From an uncultured SAR86 cluster bacterium (GTDB taxonomy: Bacteria; Pseudomonadota; Gammaproteobacteria; Magnimaribacterales; AG-339-G14), in the NCBI GenBank assembly GCA_902594855.1, contig CACJNS010000001.1, positions 474,405-538,404 on the forward strand: DNA of 64,000 bases, written 5' to 3'. The position numbers were made by a program, and so were the translations under genes. The notes under the pieces were generated by a model, which saw nothing but the letters and a program-made list of their open reading frames with translations, ran no database searches and was not told where the DNA came from. Positions within the stretch are counted from its first letter, which is position 1, and the number at the start of each line of letters is the position of its first letter. This document shows positions 14,148-23,592 of this stretch, piece after piece.

Positions 14148-17100
14148 ATGAGCTTAAGAAGGAACTTAGGTAAAAAATTTAAACATTTCTTTATCAGTTT
14201 CTTATTTATTTTTAGTGGATTTTTAGCTCCGCAAGAGAGAATCGGTGTCGCTGCTGCTGTTGATACCGTCACTACCGATTTAACTTTAGAACAAGAGAAA
14301 AAGCTGGTGGATGAAGGTTACAAAATCATCCAGAACCATACTATTGAGACCGACGAGAACGGAAAAGCGCAGATGCTTTTGGTTGATGGAACTGCGTTTA
14401 CCGTTGGACCTAACTCGTCGGTTACCCTTGATTCCTTTATTTACAATCCGGTAACTGCCGAAGGTTCTTTGACCGTAACCAGTAAGGGATTAATGCGATT
14501 AGTGGGTGGAAAGGTTACCAAAAAGAATCCTGCTATTATCAGAACTAACTCAGCTACAGTCGGAATCAGAGGCGGTATTGTCTTTGTAAACAGTGAAGCA
14601 GAGTCCACCGAAGCCTCATTCATCTATGGAGATGAGATGAGCGTTACTCCAAACTTGAATCAAGACGGAACTTATGTGCTGACCCGTAACGGGTTTGTGG
14701 TTGTAGTCGATGATCCTCTTGAAGAGGTAGAAGACGTATCCTTACTCACGGCCGATCAACTTTTAGCAATGCAGCAAAGCTTGCAAGGTTCACCGGAAGA
14801 AGAGGAAGAATCAGAAGAAAGTAACGAAGAAGGTGAATCAGAAGAAGGTGAATCAGAAGAAGAGGAGTCTGAAGAAGAAGAATCAGAGGAAGAATCGGAA
14901 GAAGAAGAATCAGAAGAAGAGGAGTCTGAAGAAGAATCGGAAGAAGAATCGGAAGAAGAAGAATCGGAAGAAGAAGAATCGGAAGAAGAAGAATCAGAAG
15001 AAGAATCTAGCGATGAGGAATCCAGCGAAGAAGAATCTAGCGATGAGGAATCCAGCGAAGAAGAATCTAGTGACGAGGAATCTCAAGAAGAATCCAGCAA
15101 TGATGAATCCAGTGAAGATGCAGGCGATGAAGAAAGCTCTGAAGAGTCTGGTTCTGAATCTGATGAAAGCGGAAGCAGCGAATCAGATGGCAGCGAAGAT
15201 ACTGGTACTGAAGAAGATTCTTCAGAAAGCGCTAGCGAAGATAACTCTGAGGTAAGTTCTGATTCAGACACTTCAGATAACGAGAGTGAAAATGAAGTTA
15301 GTTCTGAAACAAGTCCAGCAGAAGAATCTGGACCAACGGAAACTGACTCAAGCAGCAGTGAGGCCGAGGCCGCTCCTGATACCGGTGCGGTTGATACAGG
15401 TCCTGAGACAGATAGTGAACCAGAAATCGATGAAAGCGCCCTAGATTCCAGCGGTATTTCGGATAATTCATCCGCGGTAGCGCCCGATCAATTAACCACT
15501 GCTACAGATATTGATACGGGAACCGATATAGAAGTCGCCACCGAAACTGAGGCTGAAACTCAAGAGGAAACGGAAGTCGTTGAAGACGTGAGTGAAGTTG
15601 CTCAAGAAACAGTGCAAGATACTTCCCAGCAGGAAGATACTGCAGAGGCCGCCGAAGGAACACCAATTGCTAAAGCTTTATCAGGAGACACTTCCACCAG
15701 CTTAACGGCTGATATAACCGTTGCTCCAACCTTAGTGGAGAATACATCAGATGTTTCAATAGCAAGTATCGATGTTGAAGCCTCTGCCAATGCAGTGGTT
15801 AATGTGGAGATCAGCGGAGCTGATAGCGATAAGGTTACTTACAACACTGAAACACAAGAAATCATTCTCGTTTCTGGTCTGGACTATGAAAACGACGATA
15901 CTCTAGAAATTACCGTCTCCATCAGCGACGATTTTGGTAACAGTCAATCGGATAATATTGTCATTTCAGTTACCGATCAAAATGAAGCCCCGAGTCTAGT
16001 CGCCGTTGAAAATAATAATTTATTATCGGTGAATGCATCGCTAGATGACATAAAAGCCAACGGATCAAACATCAGCGAAACAACAGATATAGGCTCTTTG
16101 GTTGCTTCTGTGGCTGTTTCTGATCAGGACGGCGATGCCTTGCAATACAGTTTATCTGGAGTCGGCAGTGAAAATTTCAGTATTTCTTCTACCGGAGAAA
16201 TAACGCTAGCAGCATCTCTCAACTTTGAAGCGCAAACTCAATATACCCTTGAGGTAACTTCCTCAGACGGTATTAACGCAATGACTGAAGAGATCATTAT
16301 CTACGTGGTCAACGATAACGAGGCACCGTCTTTAGCAGTCCAAGATTTCAGTATCAGTGAAGCATCTTCCTTAAATTCAGTCGTTGCAACAGCAGTGGGT
16401 AACGATCCAGAAAACACTACGATTTCCTACTCGTTGTCCGGCGGAGGCGATAAATTCACTATTGATAATAACGGACAGATTACCCTTACCGATAATTTGG
16501 ATTATGAGAGTAATGCTACCTATGAACTTACGGTCTTTGCCAGCGATGGTTTTTTCTCGGTACCAAAAATAATTACAGTTACGATTACCGATGCTAACGA
16601 TGCTCCATCGTTATCTTCATCGGTTGCCTTTAACTCGTTTCTAGAGAATACGGCGGTTGGTTCAACCATCGCAACTTCAACCTTTTCGGATCCCGAAAAC
16701 GATACTCTTTCTTTTTCATTATCAGGCACCGGTAGCGATAAATTTTCTGTCGATGCCGATGGAAAGGTAACTTTGGCAAGCGCTTTAGACTACGAGTCTG
16801 CAACCAGTTATACCATTGCATTGGAAGCAACCGATGGGGTTAATACTGTTACCAAATCTTTGTTAATAAACGTTGGCGACGTCACAGAATTAAGTTACAC
16901 AGGTTCATTAGCAGCTAACTCGCAAGTAGAAAGTATCAATACCGGAACAGTTATCCTTACTTCGTCTGTTTCCAATGGCCAAGGATCTTTAACTTACTCC
17001 ATCAGCGATCCGGATAACAAATTTGCCATTAATTCTTCTACCGGTGAAGTTATACTTAATAACGCTTTAGATTTTGAAACAAAAACCTCGCACTCTTTCA

Positions 17101-20100
17101 CGGTTTCAGTGACCGACGGTAGTACCACGTTATCTGAAACTTTTACTTTAAACGTAAGTGATGCCACCGGTTTAAGCAATCTCGTGGCTACCCTAGCCAA
17201 TCCAACGGTGGCAGAAAGCGGAACTAGGTATGCAAACTTTAATCCCGGCACTGCAGTTGCCTCCGTGTCTGGACTTGCGAATGAACTAGGTGGATCGCCG
17301 GTCTATAGCATTACTTCGGGTAACGAGAAAAATATTTTTGCAGTTAATTCCAGTACCGGAGCCATAACCACGAATATAGACCTAGATTTTGAAACCGCTA
17401 AATCTCATACCATTAATCTGACCGCTACCGTCGGTAGCGATAGCACAACCACCGCCATCACGATACCGGTGAAAAATGCCCGTGAGAACAATGCTTCATT
17501 GGTTCGTTACTCCGGTGCCTTCCACAACGCTTCAAGATCGGGCTTGTCGGCTACCGCAACCCGAGGCCATCAAGCCGGCGCAGAAACTTTTGAGGAGGTT
17601 TTGGTCGGCTTAAGAAATCCAACCAGGCAGAACAATCAGGATAACATTAAGGAAGAGGGCTTAAGTAATGCTCTGCACGGTGGCGGAGTTCGACTTCAAT
17701 ACGGTCATGGAGTAAAAGAAAATCTAGATTTTTATTTTCCCGTTTTCAGAAGCGGGGAATTAGAGGGTGCCTATGCACCTAACAACCAACTTGGAGGTTT
17801 TGGTAATGCTGCAGGTTTTAAAGATGGGTTTTACTGGCCTTTTGGCGGAGCCACCGATATGTTAGATGTGAACTCAACAGGAGGCAGCAGTATAATTCAT
17901 ACCGCAGGGCGCACCAATCACGTTGGAAATGGTTGGCATGAATTTGCGTTTATGACGACGCAAACCGAAAACGTAGTTTCTTCAAATTTTAATATCATGG
18001 AGGAGGATTTACGTGTCTTTTGTATGGGAGCACCCGAATCTTATTGCAACGCCTCCAATGGTTATTTTGCTAGCGGAAACCTCCAAACAAATTCTTCTAT
18101 GTTCAACCGTACTTATACTTCTGAAATGGCTGATTCAGCAGGAAGTTCGCTTTACAGCCAGCAAGGCAATAGCGACCTCTCAGATAATTTCCTGAACAGG
18201 TTTAACGTTATCATTGATAATCGTGAGTATCTCGGTACGGATGCGACCAGCCAATCTGGAATGGAACGCGACCTTAAATATTTCGTCGATTGGATGAAAT
18301 TACCCTCGTCATTGCTCTACGTCAAACTATACGGAGATTATAGAGATGACGGAGTCGGCCTTACCGAAAGCCAGCTCCCGCAACAAACTCGTAAATGGAT
18401 TCAAGCAATAGGTGGCGACGTCGAGTTCTCTAATAATTGGAACGCTGGAACCGGAGGTTATCGTCGGCTTGGTGGAACTTTTGCCAGCGGTAGTTTTTAC
18501 GAAGGTTTGAATAACACTATAATTTATGTCGCCTCCCCAGGGCCGGCGATATTATCGGCTACCAACGGCCAACCTATGTATTGCGGCGCGGGCGCAAGTG
18601 GCTCTGTTACCAATTTCTCAAATTGCATGTCAGCCTATTTCAGAGCGGAAGATTTAGGCCCTGGAGTGCATGCGGATCTTTTCATCCATGGGGACATCAG
18701 TTCATCATGGGGCACTAACATGGGGAATCGAGATAGCAAACTTATCAGGACTTGGATGTTAGACAAGGCGTTTAGTAAAATAGATCCGCCCACCGGTTCT
18801 AATACTCCTGATGCGGAAGTCGATTCCATCACTTACTACAAAGATATGGTTACTGCGGCCGGTGAAATACTAAGCGATAGTACTTTTACCTCCTTTACCG
18901 GCGGCGGTAAGGTGGTTACTGCGTGGGTACCGATCCCAATAGAAAATACCGCGGCTGCGGGTTTTGCCAATGATTATTTTTTTCCAGCTTTTATCCCAAT
19001 CGATACCTGGAAAAATATGACCGTTAACAGTAACGACTTTAATTTAGAGGCAGCTAATTTATGTATAGCCCAGGGATCGAGTTGGACTTGTAATAATATG
19101 CGCTCTCAGATTAATACCTACGACGATAACTACAAATACATTAAAAATGCCATGGTTGGCAATATCTTCTCTGAAGAAAAATTTTATTACGGTAATCAAA
19201 ATTGGTCGAACGCACCAATAGGGACAAGCCATTTGTGGCAAGTATTAAACGATAACGGTATCGGTGTTGGACTGTACGCACAAATTTCGGTTGTGCACTC
19301 AAGCAACACCAACAGAGACGACCAACAAAGTTTACTGAATGTTGTCATCACTCAAGTTGATCACAGGAGTAACGATACGACTAGATATTCTGTGGGTGAT
19401 ACAGGCATGGGAATGGACGGATACCATTATTGGTCTTTTCAAGACGACACCAGCAGCAATTCCAGAGGAATTCACTACGGAGTCGGGCCCATTGAATGTG
19501 CGACTGCGACTGAAGCGGGCTGTTTCTTTGGTGGACAACAGTCCCCTGCTTTTCCGGTAGGAGCAATGCTGACATCCTCTGATCCCTACAAATCAACTGC
19601 CATGACCTTGGCTGTGAGTTATGATTCCAGAGAGGATTCTTTTCAAGTGGGAACTTTTAATCAAGCCATAGTAAGACAAAGAATACTCGACAGCTCTGGT
19701 ACTAAGGAAAGTCCAGGAAATACTTCTTACCAAACTAGTATGAACTTAAGCGATTTTCGTTCCACTGAATTTTATTCGTCGAGCGCTAGTTCCTACAGCG
19801 GATTTTTTGGTGGCTTATTAGAATTTGACGTCAGCGGTGTAGGTAACGGTCAATTGGCAAGGGCGCATTCAACCAGTACTTTGGCTACATTTACTTTCGA
19901 TGCAACCAACGATGATGTTCAAGTTGTTGCGCCTATGACCGTAGCATCTGCGCCTAGTAATAATTACACCGCAACTTGGAGTGCAGTGGATACCGGTTCG
20001 ATGACTTTAAAATTTGGAGATGCCAATAACGATCAAGCTAAGTCAGCTTATATAAGCAATGAGATGTTCGGTGCCCAGATTCAAGACGACGGCACTCAGA

Positions 20101-20798
20101 TAGACGGATCCTCAGGGGGTTCTAATAATCTAGCTGGAGTTTTAGTCTCTTGGGAAACCATTGAATCAAAGGATCATACTCTAGTCAGTGAGGGCATGCC
20201 TGATTGTAATACCTCTAGTTGCAACAATGCCGAATATTCAACTTGGGGTGCTTGGGCAATGGGATCGCCTGACATATCACCCAACGCAGGAGATCAAAAC
20301 GCCGCAGTGCATCTAGGCTTTTGGGTCGCCGGCGATATGCTCGATCAAAGTGAGATTCCTACATCAGGCTCTGCTTCCATGTCAGGCAAGGCTGTCTTTA
20401 ACGTTGCTTACAGATACAATCAAGCAAATTCCGATTACGGCGTTACTCAATATTCCAGCAACGCAACAGTAAACGGCACATTCAATTGGGGTTCAGGCAG
20501 TTATTCTGGGCAATTGGACTTTACTAACTTTGATAGCGGAAACTCCTTAGTAAGCAATGCAGGCTTTACATCTTTTTCAGTGAGTCTTGCAGGCTCGGGG
20601 GCAACCTATGCGGGTAGCTTGAACGATACCAACAACGGCTGGACCAGAGAAGCTGTGATAGCAGGAGCTCTTTACGGAAATAATACTCCAGTTGAAAGCG
20701 GCGGTAGGATCAGCGTTGGACTGTCAAAGTCAGGTTCTTTGGGTACATCAGGCGCCAATGATTTCTACATGGCTGAAGGTATCTATTTAATCGACTAA
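14148..20798 (+). CDS. Giant secreted multidomain protein, paralogue B (same architecture as paralogue A, one cadherin-like module fewer)
   Basis: 2216-aa uninterrupted ORF starting 3 nt after the stop of paralogue A. It has a signal peptide (MSLRRNLGKKFKHFFISFLFIFSGFLA-PQE). Its N-domain is about 95% identical to A by hand alignment. It also has a Ser/Glu/Asp tract, cadherin boundaries DQNEAPS, NDNEAPS and DANDAPS, and a TbpB-like C-terminus ending MAEGIYLID. Confidence 0.9.
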   Translation: MSLRRNLGKKFKHFFISFLFIFSGFLAPQERIGVAAAVDTVTTDLTLEQEKKLVDEGYKIIQNHTIETDENGKAQMLLVDGTAFTVGPNSSVTLDSFIYNPVTAEGSLTVTSKGLMRLVGGKVTKKNPAIIRTNSATVGIRGGIVFVNSEAESTEASFIYGDEMSVTPNLNQDGTYVLTRNGFVVVVDDPLEEVEDVSLLTADQLLAMQQSLQGSPEEEEESEESNEEGESEEGESEEEESEEEESEEESEEEESEEEESEEESEEESEEEESEEEESEEEESEEESSDEESSEEESSDEESSEEESSDEESQEESSNDESSEDAGDEESSEESGSESDESGSSESDGSEDTGTEEDSSESASEDNSEVSSDSDTSDNESENEVSSETSPAEESGPTETDSSSSEAEAAPDTGAVDTGPETDSEPEIDESALDSSGISDNSSAVAPDQLTTATDIDTGTDIEVATETEAETQEETEVVEDVSEVAQETVQDTSQQEDTAEAAEGTPIAKALSGDTSTSLTADITVAPTLVENTSDVSIASIDVEASANAVVNVEISGADSDKVTYNTETQEIILVSGLDYENDDTLEITVSISDDFGNSQSDNIVISVTDQNEAPSLVAVENNNLLSVNASLDDIKANGSNISETTDIGSLVASVAVSDQDGDALQYSLSGVGSENFSISSTGEITLAASLNFEAQTQYTLEVTSSDGINAMTEEIIIYVVNDNEAPSLAVQDFSISEASSLNSVVATAVGNDPENTTISYSLSGGGDKFTIDNNGQITLTDNLDYESNATYELTVFASDGFFSVPKIITVTITDANDAPSLSSSVAFNSFLENTAVGSTIATSTFSDPENDTLSFSLSGTGSDKFSVDADGKVTLASALDYESATSYTIALEATDGVNTVTKSLLINVGDVTELSYTGSLAANSQVESINTGTVILTSSVSNGQGSLTYSISDPDNKFAINSSTGEVILNNALDFETKTSHSFTVSVTDGSTTLSETFTLNVSDATGLSNLVATLANPTVAESGTRYANFNPGTAVASVSGLANELGGSPVYSITSGNEKNIFAVNSSTGAITTNIDLDFETAKSHTINLTATVGSDSTTTAITIPVKNARENNASLVRYSGAFHNASRSGLSATATRGHQAGAETFEEVLVGLRNPTRQNNQDNIKEEGLSNALHGGGVRLQYGHGVKENLDFYFPVFRSGELEGAYAPNNQLGGFGNAAGFKDGFYWPFGGATDMLDVNSTGGSSIIHTAGRTNHVGNGWHEFAFMTTQTENVVSSNFNIMEEDLRVFCMGAPESYCNASNGYFASGNLQTNSSMFNRTYTSEMADSAGSSLYSQQGNSDLSDNFLNRFNVIIDNREYLGTDATSQSGMERDLKYFVDWMKLPSSLLYVKLYGDYRDDGVGLTESQLPQQTRKWIQAIGGDVEFSNNWNAGTGGYRRLGGTFASGSFYEGLNNTIIYVASPGPAILSATNGQPMYCGAGASGSVTNFSNCMSAYFRAEDLGPGVHADLFIHGDISSSWGTNMGNRDSKLIRTWMLDKAFSKIDPPTGSNTPDAEVDSITYYKDMVTAAGEILSDSTFTSFTGGGKVVTAWVPIPIENTAAAGFANDYFFPAFIPIDTWKNMTVNSNDFNLEAANLCIAQGSSWTCNNMRSQINTYDDNYKYIKNAMVGNIFSEEKFYYGNQNWSNAPIGTSHLWQVLNDNGIGVGLYAQISVVHSSNTNRDDQQSLLNVVITQVDHRSNDTTRYSVGDTGMGMDGYHYWSFQDDTSSNSRGIHYGVGPIECATATEAGCFFGGQQSPAFPVGAMLTSSDPYKSTAMTLAVSYDSREDSFQVGTFNQAIVRQRILDSSGTKESPGNTSYQTSMNLSDFRSTEFYSSSASSYSGFFGGLLEFDVSGVGNGQLARAHSTSTLATFTFDATNDDVQVVAPMTVASAPSNNYTATWSAVDTGSMTLKFGDANNDQAKSAYISNEMFGAQIQDDGTQIDGSSGGSNNLAGVLVSWETIESKDHTLVSEGMPDCNTSSCNNAEYSTWGAWAMGSPDISPNAGDQNAAVHLGFWVAGDMLDQSEIPTSGSASMSGKAVFNVAYRYNQANSDYGVTQYSSNATVNGTFNWGSGSYSGQLDFTNFDSGNSLVSNAGFTSFSVSLAGSGATYAGSLNDTNNGWTREAVIAGALYGNNTPVESGGRISVGLSKSGSLGTSGANDFYMAEGIYLID
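14796..15110 (+). repeat. GAA-rich in-frame coding repeat in paralogue B
   Basis: Same SEEE/SEEEE unit types as 8031..8330, followed by alternating EESSD/EEESS units. Unit counts and order differ from paralogue A. Confidence 0.9.
15417..15484 (+). repeat. 68-nt segment identical to 8646..8713 in paralogue A
   Basis: Direct comparison of the printed sequence. Confidence 0.9.
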
Positions 20799-21415
20799 GG
20801 AATCAGCCAGCTGGAAGACAAAATATTATCTTGCCAAATGTGTTTTGCGCGCCTGTGACCGCTTCCTTTTAAATGCAGAAATTCAAGGGAATCAAATTGA
20901 AAGAGCACCACGCAAAAATTAGCGTAGCCCATTTCCAAATCTAAATTTTTCGCGTCTATATCAAACGCATTCGGATCGTCTATCGATAATCCTGGTGCAT
21001 CGGCGACCGAGTAACATTCTTTGGACATTTCTCTGGTTTCCGCCCAAGCAGCTTCGGTGACCGCATCTTGATGATGCACTTCAGCAGAGCCAAGCATCCT
21101 CAATTGAATTTTTATGCTTGGGTCGTAGCCTTGCATAGTCGCTGTTGGATTGGCTTGTAACTCCGCAACTTTCGGTGAGCGCAAATCGGTATGAAACCTA
21201 ATGATCCTGGAATCTTGGATAAAATCACGCAGTACGACGGTGCGGGTTTGAATGCCTTCGTCAGAATGACTCGAGATCACCGGCGTGTGAAACAAATTTT
21301 TGGCGTTCCGGATGGCATCTTCTAGAATAGACTCAGCAGATTGCAACGTCTGCTCAAGCGAATCGTAGTGCGAAGGTAAGTCCTGCATAATGGTGGTAGT
21401 GTAGCCCAACATCAA
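20795..21415 (-). CDS. Pyridoxamine-5'-phosphate-oxidase-like FMN-binding family protein
   Basis: 206 aa. The pattern TRTVVLRDF...IRFHTDLRSPKVAELQANP...LR..G resembles the split-barrel PNPOx-like family. The start is uncertain: TTG 21415, ATG 21412 or ATG 21388. Confidence 0.6.
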   Translation of the reverse strand: MMLGYTTTIMQDLPSHYDSLEQTLQSAESILEDAIRNAKNLFHTPVISSHSDEGIQTRTVVLRDFIQDSRIIRFHTDLRSPKVAELQANPTATMQGYDPSIKIQLRMLGSAEVHHQDAVTEAAWAETREMSKECYSVADAPGLSIDDPNAFDIDAKNLDLEMGYANFCVVLFQFDSLEFLHLKGSGHRRAKHIWQDNILSSSWLIP

Positions 21416-21420
21416 AAAAA

Positions 21421-23592
21421 ATGGATGCTAATCATATACTTGAAAGTTTAAACGAAGCCCAACAACAGGCGATTAAGTCCGATGCTAAGCAGTCGTTGAT
21501 TTTAGCGGGCGCTGGTTCGGGTAAAACTCGGGTCATCACTCATAAAGTTGCGTGGCTATCGAGCATTCTTGATATCAATCCCATGTCGATCATGACGGTG
21601 ACGTTTACCAATAAAGCCGCACGCGAGATGCGCGGCCGAATCGAAGGGATTTTAGGCGAACAACTGCAAACCATGTGGTGCGGCACGTTTCATGGTTTGT
21701 TTCACCGCATGCTGAAGATGCACTGGCAAGAAGCAGGACTCATCAAAAGTTTTGCCATTTTAGATGGCGACGATCAATTGCGCGTTATCAAACGTGTCAT
21801 GAAGGAAATGAACATCGATCTGGATCAATGGCCGCCCAGTCAAGTGCAATGGTTTATCAATAAACAAAAAGAGGAAGGGCGACGCAAAGCTAAAATCAGT
21901 TCGAATAATTCATACCTCGAAGAGAAAATGGCGGAGATCTATGAAAGTTATCAAGCCGTTTGCGAAGCAGAAGGGCTGGTGGATTTTGCTGAGATTTTGT
22001 TGCGTTCCTACGAGCTTCTCAATAACAACGAAGGCCTGCGCGATCATTACCAAAGGCGGTTTGAATACGTTTTGGTCGATGAGTTTCAAGATACCAATGA
22101 AATTCAGTACTTATTATTAAGACAAATAGTCGGTCCCGATGGCTGCATCATGGTGGTTGGCGATGACGATCAAAGTATTTATTCATGGCGGGGAGCCAAA
22201 AGCGGGAACATTAAACGCTACACCAAAGACTTTCCCAAAGCTGATGTCATCAAGCTTGAGCAGAACTACCGTTCAACCAAAAATATTTTATCTGCCGCTA
22301 ATTCGGTTATTAAAAATAACCCCAGCAGAATGGCTAAAGAATTATGGAGCAACAACGAAGAAGGTGAGATGGTGAAAGTTTACCGTGCCTTCAACGAAAG
22401 AGACGAAGCAAAGTTCATTGTTGATATTATTAAAGACTGGGTCAAAGAAGGCGGTTGCCTATCAGAATGCGCCATCATTTATCGCTCGAACGCACAATCT
22501 CGTTCGCTCGAAGATTCTATCTTGCGCGCCGAATTACCGTATCGAATATACGGCGGAGTGCGCTTCTACGAGAGAGCGGAAATTAAAAACGCCCTGGCTT
22601 ATGCGCGCTTAGCTGTGGATCGAAATAACGATGCTGCCTTTGAGCGAGTGATCAACGTGCCGACCAGAGGGATCGGTGCTAAAACGATGGACAATTTACG
22701 CGAGGCAGCAAGGCAGACGAGCTCATCGTTATGGGAGGCGGCTGAAGAAATGGCTAAAGCTAATAGCTCCGGTCGAGCAGTTTCATCCTTTCAAACGTTT
22801 ATCGATCTTATTAATAAGATAGCCACTCACAAAGACACTGAAGAATTGGGTTCTTTTTTCACTGACTTGATTGAGGCATCTGAGTTAAAAGAATTTCACG
22901 GCAAAGAACCCGGAGAAAAAGGTCGATCGCGGGTCGAAAACTTAGAGGAGCTCATCACCGCCACCTCAAACTACTTTGGTATCGGTGAAGACGATACTGA
23001 TGAAAGAACCACGTTGGAGTTGTTTCTCGATCAAGCTGCTTTGGATGCCGGTGAAACTCAAGCGGATGAAAGCGAGAAAGCCATCCAGTTAATGACCTTG
23101 CATTCATCCAAAGGATTGGAATTTCCGTTAGTTTTTATTGCCGGTTGCGAGGAAGGGTTATTCCCGCATCAACGCTCCATGGACGATGCCGGACAGCTCG
23201 CCGAAGAGCGTCGCCTTTGTTACGTGGGTATGACGCGTGCGATGCAGCGTTTGTATATGACCCACGCCGAAGTCAGAAGTTTGTACGGGAGCGACTCTTT
23301 TAGTCCGGTCTCAAGATTCATCAAAGAAATACCTGAAGAATTAAAGTACGAAATTCGTTTAGCAGCAGAGAAAGAACATCCAGACCAGGGCTTTAAACCC
23401 AGAATTGTTGGCGGCACTGATGTGGCCGATACGCCTTTTGCTTTGGGCGATAGAGTCACTCATAACATGTTCGGCGAAGGCATCATTTTGAATTATGAAG
23501 GGCAAGGGGATAATGCTAGAGTGGAAGTCAATTTTGATTCGGGAGGCAGCAAATGGCTGGTAGTCAGTTACGCAAATTTGGAAAAAGTTTAA
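21421..23592 (+). CDS. uvrD: DNA helicase II
   Basis: 723 aa. The N-terminus aligns with E. coli UvrD (LNEAQQQAI...LILAGAGSGKTRV). It has the DEFQDT motif II, QNYRST, and a UvrD-type C-terminal GDRVTH..FGEG...V.F...G.KWL tail. Confidence 0.93.
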   Translation: MDANHILESLNEAQQQAIKSDAKQSLILAGAGSGKTRVITHKVAWLSSILDINPMSIMTVTFTNKAAREMRGRIEGILGEQLQTMWCGTFHGLFHRMLKMHWQEAGLIKSFAILDGDDQLRVIKRVMKEMNIDLDQWPPSQVQWFINKQKEEGRRKAKISSNNSYLEEKMAEIYESYQAVCEAEGLVDFAEILLRSYELLNNNEGLRDHYQRRFEYVLVDEFQDTNEIQYLLLRQIVGPDGCIMVVGDDDQSIYSWRGAKSGNIKRYTKDFPKADVIKLEQNYRSTKNILSAANSVIKNNPSRMAKELWSNNEEGEMVKVYRAFNERDEAKFIVDIIKDWVKEGGCLSECAIIYRSNAQSRSLEDSILRAELPYRIYGGVRFYERAEIKNALAYARLAVDRNNDAAFERVINVPTRGIGAKTMDNLREAARQTSSSLWEAAEEMAKANSSGRAVSSFQTFIDLINKIATHKDTEELGSFFTDLIEASELKEFHGKEPGEKGRSRVENLEELITATSNYFGIGEDDTDERTTLELFLDQAALDAGETQADESEKAIQLMTLHSSKGLEFPLVFIAGCEEGLFPHQRSMDDAGQLAEERRLCYVGMTRAMQRLYMTHAEVRSLYGSDSFSPVSRFIKEIPEELKYEIRLAAEKEHPDQGFKPRIVGGTDVADTPFALGDRVTHNMFGEGIILNYEGQGDNARVEVNFDSGGSKWLVVSYANLEKV

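Noticed and set aside
14833-15271. ORFs 14833..15255 (+) and 15083..15271 (-) inside the acidic tract of paralogue B
   Set aside because: This is the same repeat-induced artefact as in paralogue A.
7347-20798. Giant proteins as RTX/T1SS adhesins (LapA-like) or autotransporters
   Set aside because: I saw no GGxGxD nonapeptide repeats and no adjacent ABC/MFP/TolC genes. An N-terminal Sec signal is present. The C-terminus (GIYLID) lacks the terminal aromatic residue and the ~280-aa barrel size of autotransporters. The secretion route remains open.
21675-22612. Three 60-80-aa alternative-frame ORFs inside uvrD
   Set aside because: They are nested within a helicase gene whose motifs are all in the 21421 frame.
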